Source of the DNA: Mytilus trossulus
Lineage: Eukaryota
Reading direction: 5' to 3'
Length of the DNA stretch: 64,000 bases
Assembly: GCF_036588685.1 (NCBI RefSeq)
Contig: NC_086382.1
Coordinates: forward strand, 64,666,001 to 64,730,000
A program made the translations under genes and the position numbers. The notes beneath the pieces are model-generated. The model did no database searches and was not told the DNA's origin. It was given only the letters and a program-made list of their open reading frames with translations. Below, one piece after another: positions 1-12,559 of the stretch. Each line of letters opens with the position of its first letter. The stretch's first letter is position 1.

Positions 1-1849
1 GTAAAACAACCGTTTTAAACAGCAAATAATCGAATTGATATCAACATTTGATTTCACATTTGAATACAAGTTACATTTTATATAAGCTTAGGATTTCAAA
101 TAAAAAAAATACATGGAAAGCACTGAAAATTCATTGAAAAGGGGAGATAACTCTTCATTTTGTAGAAAATTTTGTTGCGTTGTTAGTGAACTTTAAAATC
201 ATTTTCTTAGCTATTCACTGTTGATTCAAAAATATCTCTTTGACATATATATATATATCGTTTGAATGATATAAACATTGCATTGGAACCAAAAATTCAG
301 TGGGGAAAATATTATGTTGTGCCACCCATATAATAGGATTTGCCTCATATTTACTTGGAAAACTTCTTAAATATTCATGATTGTTAATTTCTAAAATTCA
401 AGTAGGAAATTTAACTCCTTATTTTGAATTCTTCACAATATGAATATAATTATAAATGAGGTGATGTGATATATATATCGATTATATATAAACGATAAAA
501 GAATGATTTGAAGGACATTTTTTTTTATACTTAAATATTTAAAAATAGATATGAAGCCATATATCAAATACATGTACATTTTTAAAAGTGCGAACCAAGA
601 AACCCGTTTCTTATGTGTAGAAGTGATATGTTCTTGCATAAATGATATTATACCAAATCAATAAGATAAGAATCATTGTATATGGACAAAAACTTAGAAT
701 ACCAATACTTATAAATATAGCAAATAATATTATTTTGACTATTTATCAATTAAATAATCTCAAAAACGTTTTGTCGTATAAAACATCCAAGGGAGTCAGG
801 TTTCTCGGAAGAAAGTTCGGTCATTCTTTTAATATAAAATAATTTACGATCAATAGAATGATAGAATGCGTATAGAAAAAGTCATTTCAACTTTATTCTC
901 AGTATCGATCTGGGAAGCCACACTTGTATTTTCAAATCAATTTCTTTACGTAGAATAAAATAACAACTGACCACTGTTTCACCTTTAATTATTGAATTCT
1001 TTGAAGTTAACAACTTAAGAAAATAAAAGTCGTGGCTTTCATAATTTGCTTTTAAAACCAATTGATTTGTAATAATTTCTTATTTTATCAAAACAAATAT
1101 CAACACAAATATTTTTTATCTACATTTATTCAAAATCAAATTGAATTATTCCTACATTACATAAGTGTAGGTGAAAATATGGAATATATCCTTATTTTTA
1201 TTATATATAAAGCCAACAGTAGTTTACCAATGTCCAAAGAGTCATTAATCGATTGAGAAAAAACAAAGCCGTGTTACAAACTTAACCCCAGGGAAACGCA
1301 TCAACTATGATCTAATTAGTTTATTCAATTGTTTGGTGTTATTTTACCTTTATGTGATATAAGTACCACATAAAACGTAATTTGATGCTCATTAAGCATT
1401 TCATCATGTTTATTATTTGCATGTATTTTATGTTATTTCAACATGGGATTACACGATGGGTTTTAACCTTTAGTTATAGAATGGACATGTGTCTTTTGTA
1501 TTATGTGAAAACGGCAATATTGTTCTTGGTTTTCATATGATGAAGATATAATAAATTAATGAGTTATTTTAAGGTCTGGAGCTTGCATTGCAGTACCTTC
1601 TAGTAGTCTTTTGTTAAGTAATGTATCGTTGTCATTTTGCTCCTTCCGATAACTATTCATGCATACTCTTATCTCTTCAAATTTAATGTTACTGTGTGTA
1701 TTAATAGGTGTTTGTTTATTTTTATTTGAATTATTATTGTGTACGAGTGGAAGCAGTTAAACACTCAACAACACAACACAACCACAAGAATACACACTTT
1801 AGTTCAAGTACCATACAAAACTTTTTCGTCACATTAGTTCCTTTTTTTA

Positions 1850-2912
1850 TATACAAATACAAATACAAATATACAAATATTTTTATTGGCACAAACACAA
1901 TTACAATAATTGGCAATGGCCCATACAACTGATATACAAATAGTAATAATGCATAGAATATCAACTTAGGCATATTTCGAACAATATCATCGAACGATAT
2001 CAATATCATCAACAGTATTAAATGATTAAAAAAAAGATATATCAATTACATAGTTGGTCAAACAAAATAAGTATTGAAAATAACGACAATATTAATATGT
2101 AATATTATGAACAATGATTATTAGCAATTTTATAGAGTTTGTTCTGCTTTACGCAGGTTCAAACTGTCTGAGATGAAAGAGGAAGTTAATTTTAGGATTG
2201 TGTATGAATTATTATTTAATAAAAAGATTATATTATTTTCATGTTTTTGAAATTTTGTAGGATCAACAATTATCATTGAAACTTTATGGTAAAATATGTC
2301 CCTCTTAGTAGAGTATTTTTCACAATGTAAAAGAAAATGTTTTTCATTTTCAATTTGACCAGAATTACATACAGAGCAGTATCTCTCATTTCTGGGAATA
2401 TTTAGATGTCTCCCTCTTTCAATCATCAGTGTATGAGCGCTTATACGGATCTTACATATTGCAGCTCTGTCACTTCTGTTTTTTAATATATCAACATAGG
2501 GTGGTCTTCTGCCCATTATGTAGAGACTTTTGATAAAAGTCTAACTTTTTGGATTCAAATATATTTGCATTTTGAACTTGCAAACATTGGTCATTAATTC
2601 TTTGTTTAATAGAATTTAAATTACCTTTAACATAATTAAAGTTTTTGATGATATAAGACATTCCAAGTTCATTCAAAAGACTCTTGACCTTTTTGACCCA
2701 AGGGTTTGAATCTACAGATTTAGTGAATATATCATATGCCAAAGAATTTTCCGAAGAAACTATATGGTTCAGGTAGTTGAATATTGAATATAATATTTTA
2801 TTTTTTAAGGGAATTCTATTAAGTTCAGCTCGACATCCATCATTAGATGCCTTACAGTGAACCCCTAATATGTCTTTGATAAATTTAACATGAAGTTTTT
2901 CAAATGGATCAC
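1850..2912 (-). mobile_element. 5'-truncated, frameshifted non-LTR retrotransposon 3' end (CR1/L2-like)
   Basis: ORFs 2491-2742 and 2130-2516 are consecutive frames of a LINE ORF2 C-terminus (KIRISAHTLMIERGR...RYCSVC...ENEKHFLLHCEKY). On the minus strand an AATAAA is followed by an (ATTTGT)n tail at ~1850-1885. Confidence 0.8.
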
Positions 2913-3759
2913 AATTGTGACTTGGATTGTATCAATTGGCAATCATATACAATTATCTTTCTACATCATATTCTATTGATTTCACGATGGTTTTGATTTG
3001 TATTGATCAAGTTCCTCACCTGCGATCTTGTTCCAAAATATGCAGACGCTCATATTTTACATCATTTGTAAAGTAGGCAATAACCTCCACCTTTTTTCTA
3101 TTTTTAGAGGCATCCGTTCTTACTTTTCAATTGTTAATGTATTAGAGTCACGACTCACCGTGGAGTCCACAAAAGTTGATTAAAAAGTTAATGTTGCATG
3201 TATTGTCACGTTAACGTTTATCCTTCTAAGTATAGCTATAAAATGAAATTAGGTAGATTTAACATGTTCAAGTCTTAAATCGTCGAGTAGTACATATAAA
3301 AAGATTTAAAAAGAACGTAAATTTCTTGTATATTCTATATTTAACTAATGGATTTCTGATCTATATAGATAACATAGAAAATGGTAGAATATATATCCTA
3401 GGAATGCGTAAAATGGAGTTTAGTGAACTAATAATAGTAACTGCAATTTTTTTTTACAAAAACGGGGATGGGGGATTAAGAATCAAAAGAAATAATATTT
3501 AATGTGTAATCTTATTTTAATGCTTTATATAAACTGCGCTAAAACATTTCTATTTCAAATTCAATTATATGCATTTTACAGCTGAAGTAACCAATATAAT
3601 TACCATAACTACATTTTTCTATTTACTGTCAATAGTAGCTTTAATAGTAACATACACATATAAAATTATGTAACCTTTCTCAAACATTAAAAAAAATACG
3701 AACTTAATAGTAAAACAAAGAGAATAGAAAACCAATAGTAGTTCAAACAATTTTTTCTA

Positions 3760-4805
3760 GCGTACTGCATTTCCGCTAATTTTTCAAAGTCCCATTACTA
3801 CGTTTCCGCAAATTTAAAGTATACGTTTCCGCAATTTGTATTTATTGACTTTTCCAGAAATTTACCCGGAAAATTATAGATATTTGAATATTATAATATA
3901 AAATAAATATTTCAATTTTATTTAAAAAAAAAGAAAAGGTTCTGATCTTATATCTTCAATATATTAGATATACCTAGTTGACTCTGGTAAGGATTTTGGT
4001 AAATGGCTAGCTCATTTCTTTGGTTTGGCTTACTTGTCAACTGAGATGATCAAAGCATGTTTTGTTGTATTAATAGCCGATTATTCATCTGACGATAAAT
4101 GCATGAAGTTTTTCCGATTATATTTTGGAATTTTATATAGAGAGCAATTCGGGATTTCCACCAACCAATTGAACATCACCTCCTGACCCCGATCAAAAGA
4201 GAACAACGACTAGTGCCGAGTCTTTTCATGCCAACCCGAACGAGCAGAGTGACGCTAGCCGTCCTAACATTTTTGTCTGCGTCGATGTGTTCATGGTGTT
4301 ATTGAAACTGAAAACAACCTCTTACATAAAGATGAGAACTGATTTTACTCTAACTGTTAAAGCACCCGGCGTTCGGAAATATGAAAAGGAAAAGATGGAC
4401 TTCCTTCTTGAACAAAATACAAAACTTGTAAACAGTGAATGTACGACATATTGGCTACAAATATTCTGCCAGCACTGACTTATGAATTCATAACAAGATA
4501 TATCGGATAATTGTATCTTTTGAACATACGTTTTCATCCATTTTGATGATGAATTTTACTTGCATGCTTTGATGAACTTTAACTTAATAAATATTGATTT
4601 CTTTTTATTATAGCTTTGCTTTCGATCAACAGGTATTCCTTAATTATTTGTGGAAAAGTAATAATTATTTTTGGTGAATAGTTACTTTTTTTCCGGAAAA
4701 GTAAGATATTTATTCATGTTATTTGCGGAAACGTAATTTTTTCCCCCGGAAATGTCATCTTTATTACCGGAAAAGTAATGCCAATTTGCGGAAACGAAAA
4801 ACGCC
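3760..4805 (+). mobile_element. Degenerate Mutator-like (MULE) DNA transposon
   Basis: Inverted subterminal arrays (TTTCCGC at ~3770-3835; GCGGAAA/CCGGAAA at ~4690-4800). Broken internal frames read GKWLAHFFGLAYL...FPP...RTTTSAESFHA...PNIFV, resembling a MULE transposase C-terminus. Confidence 0.55.
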
Positions 4806-4838
4806 GATTTTGTTAATATTGCAATTGTAAATGCTAAA

Positions 4839-5070
4839 TGGAAGTCCCTTCACCATGTTCACATGCATGTTTTAAAACCGTATTATAATAAGAAATGCAT
4901 ACACGTGTATATTTGTTTCATTTAAAAATTAATCTATATTACTGATATATTTTATAGACAACAATGATCTTTGAAATAAACTAATAAAACAAACAATTTC
5001 TCCATCACCATCTAGCTCATCTTATATATAAATCAAACCTCTTCCTCTTATTTAAAAATACTTCATCAAG
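4839..5070 (+). promoter_or_regulatory. Putative IAP-A promoter and non-coding first exon
   Basis: kB-like GGGACTTCC on the reverse strand (4840-4848), TATATATAAA at 5023-5032, donor AAG/GTAAAT after 5070, next acceptor TTTTTAG ending at 5152. Confidence 0.4.
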
Positions 5071-5246
5071 GTAAATAAATATAGCTTTATTTTTATATGT
5101 AAAAATTACCCAGATGTTATTTATAGAAAAGGAAATTCTTTTCTATTTTTAGGAATATGAAAACCTCTGCGTTTTAATAAATCTAACAGCGGATATAAAA
5201 GATCAAATTTTAGTCGTAGTTATATTTTGGAAATATCTTAGACGAT

Positions 5247-8200
5247 ATGGGTTGTGAGGTAAAGTATTCAAGTAAAGACATTATTATTTTTGTAATTCCA
5301 AATAATCTTGCAATCACATTGCATTGCTAAAATGATATTCGAAAAAAAAAGATGCAGTTGATTTTTTTGTTATTTAAATGTTTATAATTTTGTATGGTTT
5401 GCATATTTCTAAATAAATGCAAAATTTATATTACAGATACTTATTCCACAGACACCACAATTTGGACGTCCAAGAACAGGAGCAAAACACAGAGAATACT
5501 CATCCTTCCTGACAAGAAAACAATCATTCAACTGTTCTCAGATATTAACTGGGCAAAGTGTGCATAACTTAGCGTCAGTAGGATTCTTTTATGCAGGTAA
5601 GAATGAATGACTATATATGCAGACAACAGAACAAGTGTTTTGAATGTTTCATTCATGTGTTTAGGCCGATCACTTGTTCAGTTTCGTTACTTCTTATTAT
5701 ACCAAGTTAATAGTACTCGGAAATATATACACATTATTAATATGAAATAATAATTAAATATTTGCAAGATAACGTAAAACAAATAATTCCACGAAGCGTA
5801 CGAGCGTTGCAAATTTAGTTTCTTCTATTGGGCACTCATTTTGCTGGCTGCGAATGTGAGTTAAGCGACTTATATATAAATTGTGTATTCCTTTTGAACA
5901 ATAAAGACGGATTTATTTTTGTTTTAAAATCGTATTCATATGTCTAGAATGTACACACACATTGCATTAAGAAATTTCACCACAAATGAACAAATTAATT
6001 GATCCAAATGCTAATTTTTAAATTGATATATTTACTTTCTCGGAATACAGATGCAGCTAAAAAAATGACGAACTTTCTGTGAAGGATGTTCACTTCTCTT
6101 GGTTAAGGAATTTTGTCAGATATTCGGAAGCCTCTAGTTTTATCCATGTAGTTTCATTTATATTTTAAAAACAATGTTTACCATTTTATGTATATAGGTT
6201 ACAAGGATTACGTAAGATGCTTTACTTGTGGAGTTTTGATAAAGAACTGGCAACAGGGACAAGACCCTTTAACGGAACATAGTCGAAGATCACCTGGTTG
6301 TAGCTTCCTTCTACACCCAAGAGTTCACGAGCATCAAGTAAGTAATATTTGTTTGTTTTCGGAATTAGAAAATATATTAATTAAGTTGTTCATTTCTATG
6401 TCATTTAATCTCTGGAGGCAAGTTATCTCATTTGTAAATATAACACCTTTTTATGCGATGCTAATTTTTTCAAAAATTAAATCTTACTCTTTTTAAAAAC
6501 CCAAAGCCAAACTAATCTGATAGAAACATATTTTTTTTTTATTAAAATATGAGATTAATTACTAGAACTTCAAAAAACTTGCATAAAAGACTATGTAACC
6601 ACATTCATGTATGAATTATATTCACATCAAACATTTTCATATTTTTTGACACTAGCTTCTTTAAACTACCACTTTGGTGGTAAGATTTACGGTAGCACAA
6701 TACAAAGATTTCTTCACTCCCAATCAGACAACTTTAAACTGATGTAATTCATTTCATCCTTCTTTATATTTTATAAATGAGGGAACAAAAGAAAGAAGAA
6801 AGATTAATCTTTTAAATTGTAATAATTTCATTATGACATTATTATTACATAATTAATTATTATGTAATTAGTTGCTATATTGTGATGTCCATACTTGATT
6901 GAATTTAGCGTCTTTGTTTTTCATAGCATCCCAAAATATTTTATATATCTTGTACAACACAGCTTGACCTCCACAACTGTGTCTCAGATTTTCAAAAACA
7001 TCAATAGAACAAATTTTATACGTAATTGAATTTATTGGTCTCCTATAAATTGATATTGCAAACTCTTTTGAAGATTTAAGAGAGAATGAAAACTGTTTTG
7101 GAGGTCAAACTGTGTTGTGCAAGAATCTATAAAATATTTTCGGATGCTATGAATAACAAAGAAGCTAAATTCATTTAAGTATGGACATACATATATGGCA
7201 ACTAATTACATAAAAATTAATTATGTAATAGTTATGTCAAAATGAAATTATCACAATTTGAAAGTTTAATCCTTCTTCTTTCGTTTGGTATCTCAAAATT
7301 TAAAGAAAGATGAGTGGAAATACATCAGTTTAAAGATGCCTGATTGGGGATGAAAAATCTTTGTATTGTGTTACCTTAAAAGACTTTTTTTTTATTTTTT
7401 TATTTCAGACCAAAAAATAGTTAGAGTATGAAAAAAAAATTTAACAATAACAAATATATTGACGTATCTTTTTTTTTATTAGGTTTGTGAAAATATAGAC
7501 ATTATAAACATTCTTAGAATTGTTTGTTGGTAACAAGAATAAAAAATATTAGAACATTTATGATGATAAAAAATGAACTATATATCAAAAATCGCTTTCA
7601 CCTTAGGTTGAAAGAACAAACGAATCTACTTCAAATGAGGAAATAGAAAGACTTTCAGATGACATCCAAGCAAGGCTTAACATACGGTATGACAATGTTG
7701 CTATTCAAAGAGCCTATGAGTCATGTCTTGCAACAAACAGCGGTTTAAGGTTAGTTGATATCAATCAACTCACAAATAGACTTCTAGACTTGACAGTTGT
7801 TGAAAATCAGATAACAGAAGAGACAACACAACATAGGCAAGGTGGCGCTGTACTAGACCAATTTCTGCAAGAAAGAACTCCCAGTTACATTCAGCGTATT
7901 GGTATGTCACATTTTGTTAATAACAAGTAAATACAAGAGCAAATTAACGAACATTTTAACATACTCGTATTTAATGTAAAAAATTTCAAATGCATTGCGT
8001 GCTCCTTTTTTTATGAAGGCTTAATACTGGCTAAAAATAAACTAACTAAATCATTTTACAATTTGTTTGTGTATTTTTGAAAAGACATATTGACGTACAA
8101 AGCATATTCTATTTTTTAGAACAAGAAGTTCACCAGCTTAGAGAAACGTTGATGTGTAAGATATGTATGGATAACTCAGCGAATGTTGTGATCATGCCAT

Positions 8201-8298
8201 GTGGACATTTCACATCATGTTTGCAATGCTCTTCTGCACTGACAAATTGTCCTCAATGTAGAGTCGGCATTTCATCAAGAATTAAAGTTTTCCTCTGA
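5247..8298 (+). CDS. Inhibitor of apoptosis protein (IAP-A): single BIR, UBA-like linker, C-terminal RING; 261 aa
   Basis: Exons 5247-5258, 5437-5596, 6198-6337, 7607-7901, 8120-8298, all GT-AG with consistent phases (786 nt). BIR: YSSFLTRKQSF...LASVGFFYAG/YKDYVRCFTC...W...DPLTEH...C. RING: CKICMD...PCGH..SCLQC...CPQCR...KVFL*. The short first exon (MGCE) is the least certain. Confidence 0.9.
6691..7375. mobile_element. MITE with ~190-bp terminal inverted repeats in IAP-A intron 3 (Kolobok-like)
   Basis: Left end GGTAGCACAATACAAAGATTT... mirrors right end ...AAATCTTTGTATTGTGTTACC. Flanks are TTAC and TTAA. Confidence 0.75.
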
Positions 8299-9110
8299 AC
8301 ACATATCCGATGCAAACTAGTTGAAGTAAATCTTCGAAATGAACTTTATCGTACATTGGAAACCTACGATTCAAAGTCAGTTTCAGTCAATAGGCAGCTA
8401 CAAGCAGATAGTTCACAGTACAAGTGTTGTGATAATTTGCATTAGTTATGAAACATTTCTTTGGTTAATCTTATATTACTTTTATGTACCCACATTGACA
8501 AATGAAATATTGTTTAGTGAAGTTTTTCATTATGAAACCAATATAACATGCTTCATTGAAACAATGTATCAGTTAGTTATCATTTTGTTATGTACATAGT
8601 TATGTAGAGCAGAGGTCACTGAAGTATCACATGACCATGAGCAAGGAGTTTTTTCATGATACTCAATAATATCTATATATAAATATAATTATAGTAGTAT
8701 CATTTATTTATTTAAAAAAAAAAATTTAATTAAGCAGCACACCATGAAAATCTAATGGGAACTAGCGGTATACTACTATTGCTATTATAGATATTTCAAA
8801 AAATGATTACAAATTAAAAACATTTTTTTATTGATAGATGTACATGTATGCATCATAATCTAATTATATAATGATAAGATTAAGTAATAGTAATATAACA
8901 AGTTAAGGTATACAACAGAATTTATCTCATGAAAAGAGGGTACAGGTAGTAAGTACCCTTCTGTAAAAAAAAGATTGAAAGTGAATTTTTAAATATCAAA
9001 TTAAAAAAAAATATAGGCCAACACTTTTTACATGATGCATAATCTAATATTTTAACAAATGCTCAATGCTTTTAATCAAATTTGTTCTTCGTTTGTTGTT
9101 TAAGGGCTTC

Positions 9111-9480
9111 AAATAAAGGATAAAAATACAGAAACAGCAGTATATTGCTGTTCGAAAATCATAAATCGATTGAGAGAAAAAAAAATCTGGTTATAATCTA
9201 ACACTGAAAAAAACACATCAACTATAAGAGAAAAACAGCGAAATAACAGAAAAACTAAAGTGCAAAGACCAAAGCAAAATGTAACACACACAGAAACGAA
9301 CTATAAGATAACAACTGCCCTTTAATCTGACTTAGCACAGGACAATTCAAGAAAAAAAAAGTGGGTTGAACCAGGTATTGTTGGTAACCAAACCTCGCGC
9401 TTTTATGGCAATGATAAATAAAACACTAAAAGGATATCATTACATGACAGTACTACAGTAAAATTAATGCAAGAACATTC
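9111..9480. repeat. Interspersed repeat family copy
   Basis: Similar to 34938-35240 and ~11515-11760 (AACAGYAGTATA..GCTGTTC.AAA.TCATAAATC). Confidence 0.55.
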
Positions 9481-10574
9481 AAGATAGAGAAATACACTAA
9501 TAAACAATACAATAATTCACTTCTACAGTTAATACTTATCAAAGTGCAATTCTGAGGATTTAATACGCCTGACGCGCATTTCATCAACATAAGACCAATC
9601 AATGACGCTCAAATCAAAATAGTCAGAAAATCAAACTGGCATAAAGTTAAAGAGCATTGATGACCCATAATTAAAAACAAATGTGTCAAATACGGCTAAT
9701 GTTATCTTTGACTGGGACAAGAAATTCCTTAGTATTGAGAATTATTCATTCTTTTTCAATCAGTAAATTTATAAGAAAAAAGCAACAATATAATTGAAAT
9801 CTATGTCGGCACCGAAATGCTGACAAACACGTAAAAATAACTATGGTAACACATAAAAAGAGCACGACAGATACACACATTGTCTATCACACGACATGAT
9901 CGACGCAACACAAGTGACGTCATTTGTAAAGTTGTAAAAATTAGATATACAAAATGTAGTTCGAGATTAAGTTTGGAACTATCGTATCTGGTGTAATTTA
10001 TAACAATTACAATACTATAAATACAGAAATGTGTTGGTAATTAGATAATGAATTGTATGTATCTACAACAGGTACAGTAACTTCTACCTCATTAATTGAC
10101 TGACATCTAGACGCTAACAATAAGGAGGGTTGAGAACAAACTTTACTTAAAATGGGAGAATTTACAACTGTAGACTTTCAAATGTTTTATTAATCAACAT
10201 TCCAGCACCCTATCTCCCTGTTACTTCCATATCCCATAGCTTAAACCAATGGTTTCTCAGTCTGAAGTTTTTCGGTGTTGTATTTTCTTGTTGTTTTGTA
10301 GTGTCTTGTATGATCTATGAGTTTGATTATACCCTTGGTATATTCCGCTTCTGCTTTATAAATATATATGCATGTGATGTGTAACTTGAGCATATAAACA
10401 CAATTGATAAGCATTGATACATGCGTGATGTATAAGTATATTTTGAATGTATAAATACATTTACAATGTTAAACTACAGTACATTTTGGATACATACAAA
10501 CACGTGGAATTTCTAAATACACAGTCTAGGAAAATATATTTTAGACTTTGTCAACTGATTTTCATACTTTTTTC

Positions 10575-10902
10575 TTATGTTGTACTGTTACACCACTATC
10601 CAAGATAAGGGGAGGTTTGCTCCCTTCCGCCACATTCTGTATGTGCCTGTCCCAAGTCAGGTCTCCGAAATTGAGTGATTGTCGTTTGTTGCTGTGGTCC
10701 ATGTTTGCTTTTCGTTCATGATTTGTACATAATTAAGACCATTAGTTTTACATTTGTCAATTCTGGACCTTGCATGGGTAACAATGCTGTATGGACTTTG
10801 CTCACTGTTTAAGGCCGAACGATGATCTAAAGTCGTTAATTTCAATACCCTTTTGGTCTCATGTGGAGAGTTGTCTCATTGGTAATCAAACCAAATCTCC
10901 TA
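10575..10902 (+). mobile_element. SINE-like interspersed repeat, diverged copy
   Basis: Contains TGTGCCTGTCCCAAGTCAGG...GGAGAGTTGTCTCATTGG; reverse complement of the copies at 11161, 44944 and 57114. Confidence 0.65.
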
Positions 10903-11160
10903 CTAGTATTTTGTGCGCGATTTTAACGAGTTAATTAAGAAATTTCAAGTTTAATTGGTAGCAATTTCTGTAGTTGCATGTTTAAAGTATCAAAGGGACG
11001 GAGTTGATTGAGTTGAACCCAATATATAAAGATGGATTGCAAAGTATAATTAAAATCCAACGACTTCATATCTTCATATGGAGTTTACTGACCCCATATA
11101 TACCGTATTAGGTCACTAGCACACTATGTAACCAATAATACTAGTAATAGCTATACTACA

Positions 11161-11430
11161 ATATAAAAAAGAAGATGTGGTATGATTGTCAATGAGACAA
11201 CTATTCACAAAAGACCAAAATGACACAAACATTAACAACTATAGGTTACCGTACGGCCTTCAACAATGAGCAAAGCCCATACTGCATAGTCAGCTATAAA
11301 AGGCCCCGATAAGACAATGTTAAACAATTCAAACGAGAAAACTAACGGCCTTATCTATGTAAAAAAATGAACGAAAAACAAATATTTAACACATAAACAA
11401 ACGACAACCACTTAATTACAGGCTCCTGAG
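11161..11430 (-). mobile_element. SINE-like repeat, truncated
   Basis: Near-identical to 44944-45215 (AAGAAGATGTGGTATGATTG.CAATGAGACAACTAT.CAC...CGTACGGCCTTCAACAATGAGCAAAGCCCATA). Confidence 0.75.
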
Positions 11431-12282
11431 CTATCTGGCATGCCTCTTCTATCTTTTGCGAGTACAAACGACACCTCCCAGTTATCTATATGAATTCATA
11501 AGGGCATTATTAGTATACTAGTGTTCAAAAGTCATAAATCGATTGAGAACAGAATAAATCTGAGTTACAAAATAAAACCGAAGGAAGCCCACCAACTACA
11601 AGTACCATATTCCTGACTTGGAACAGGACATTGAACCGTGTTTTATGACTAGCCAAACCTCCCGCTAATATGAAAATGATAAAAAAAAATCCGCGTAAAT
11701 AACAACTCTACGGGACAGAAATATTTTATTAACACACGCAAGAACACTAATGACAGAGAAACGCGCAAACAAATTATATAATAGTTGACAAAACATACAA
11801 ACTGCAAAACAACAACAAATATTTTCCAACAGACACCACAACCAGTGACGTTCAAACATAACGAACATTCAATATCGTACAAACAAATCCTAGGACATGC
11901 AACCGTTTTGAAAGGGTTAGTGATATTGACGTTTTGAACTAAATCATCGAGTATCCTTTGACTTATCTATCTGTATAATATTAAAAGACCGTTAGCGTGT
12001 TTTGGTTAATCAATCGTTCAGGTTTGGCCGTAGCAGTGACAACGAAGTTGTTCTGTACGATGATACGATTTTCCAATGATAACAAACACCATAGCTTGTA
12101 TGCATTAACTAATCATGGTCAGTCTGTGAATGTAAAAATAAGAACGATAAGGATTAGAGCGATATTGGAACATCACGAATAGCCAGATCGGAACTGGTGA
12201 CGTCTCAATCTGCAGTTAATGCTATACTATTTTACATTTTGATCTTAATCGTCGGGATAGACTGTAAGTGTAAAAATAAGAA

Positions 12283-12364
12283 CGACGAGAATGGGATTTG
12301 AACTCACGCGGAGAGGCCCTAATAGACTAATAGTCTATCGCCTTAACAACTCGGTCACCTCGTC
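12283..12364 (-). pseudogene. tRNA-Ser(GCT)-derived pseudogene, anticodon now ATT
   Basis: Minus strand GACGAGGTGACCGAGTTGTTAAGGCGATAGACTATTAGTCTATTAGGGCCTCTCCGCGTGAGTTCAAATCCCATTCTCGTCG is 82 nt and colinear with metazoan tRNA-Ser(GCT). A T-run terminator follows. Mismatches occur in the D-stem, D-loop GG and T-stem. Confidence 0.8.
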
Positions 12365-12559
12365 TTGAAGAACCAATTCTTAAATATGATTATCTTTCCT
12401 GTGACTAAGTCACGGAATTTGCTTGGTCTTAGATTTAAAATATTCTTCACTTTTTTTACTTTTTGGCTCATACAAATAATGTATTTATGCAAGGTGAAAA
12501 TAAGATTCAAGTTACCAGCTAGCATAGTCATAAAAGGTTTTTATTCATAAATCTGTGAT

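Noticed and set aside
433-1256. Short AT-rich ORFs here and elsewhere in the ORF track
   Set aside because: Low-complexity I/F/L/K/Y composition, no motifs, and many non-ATG starts; expected by chance.
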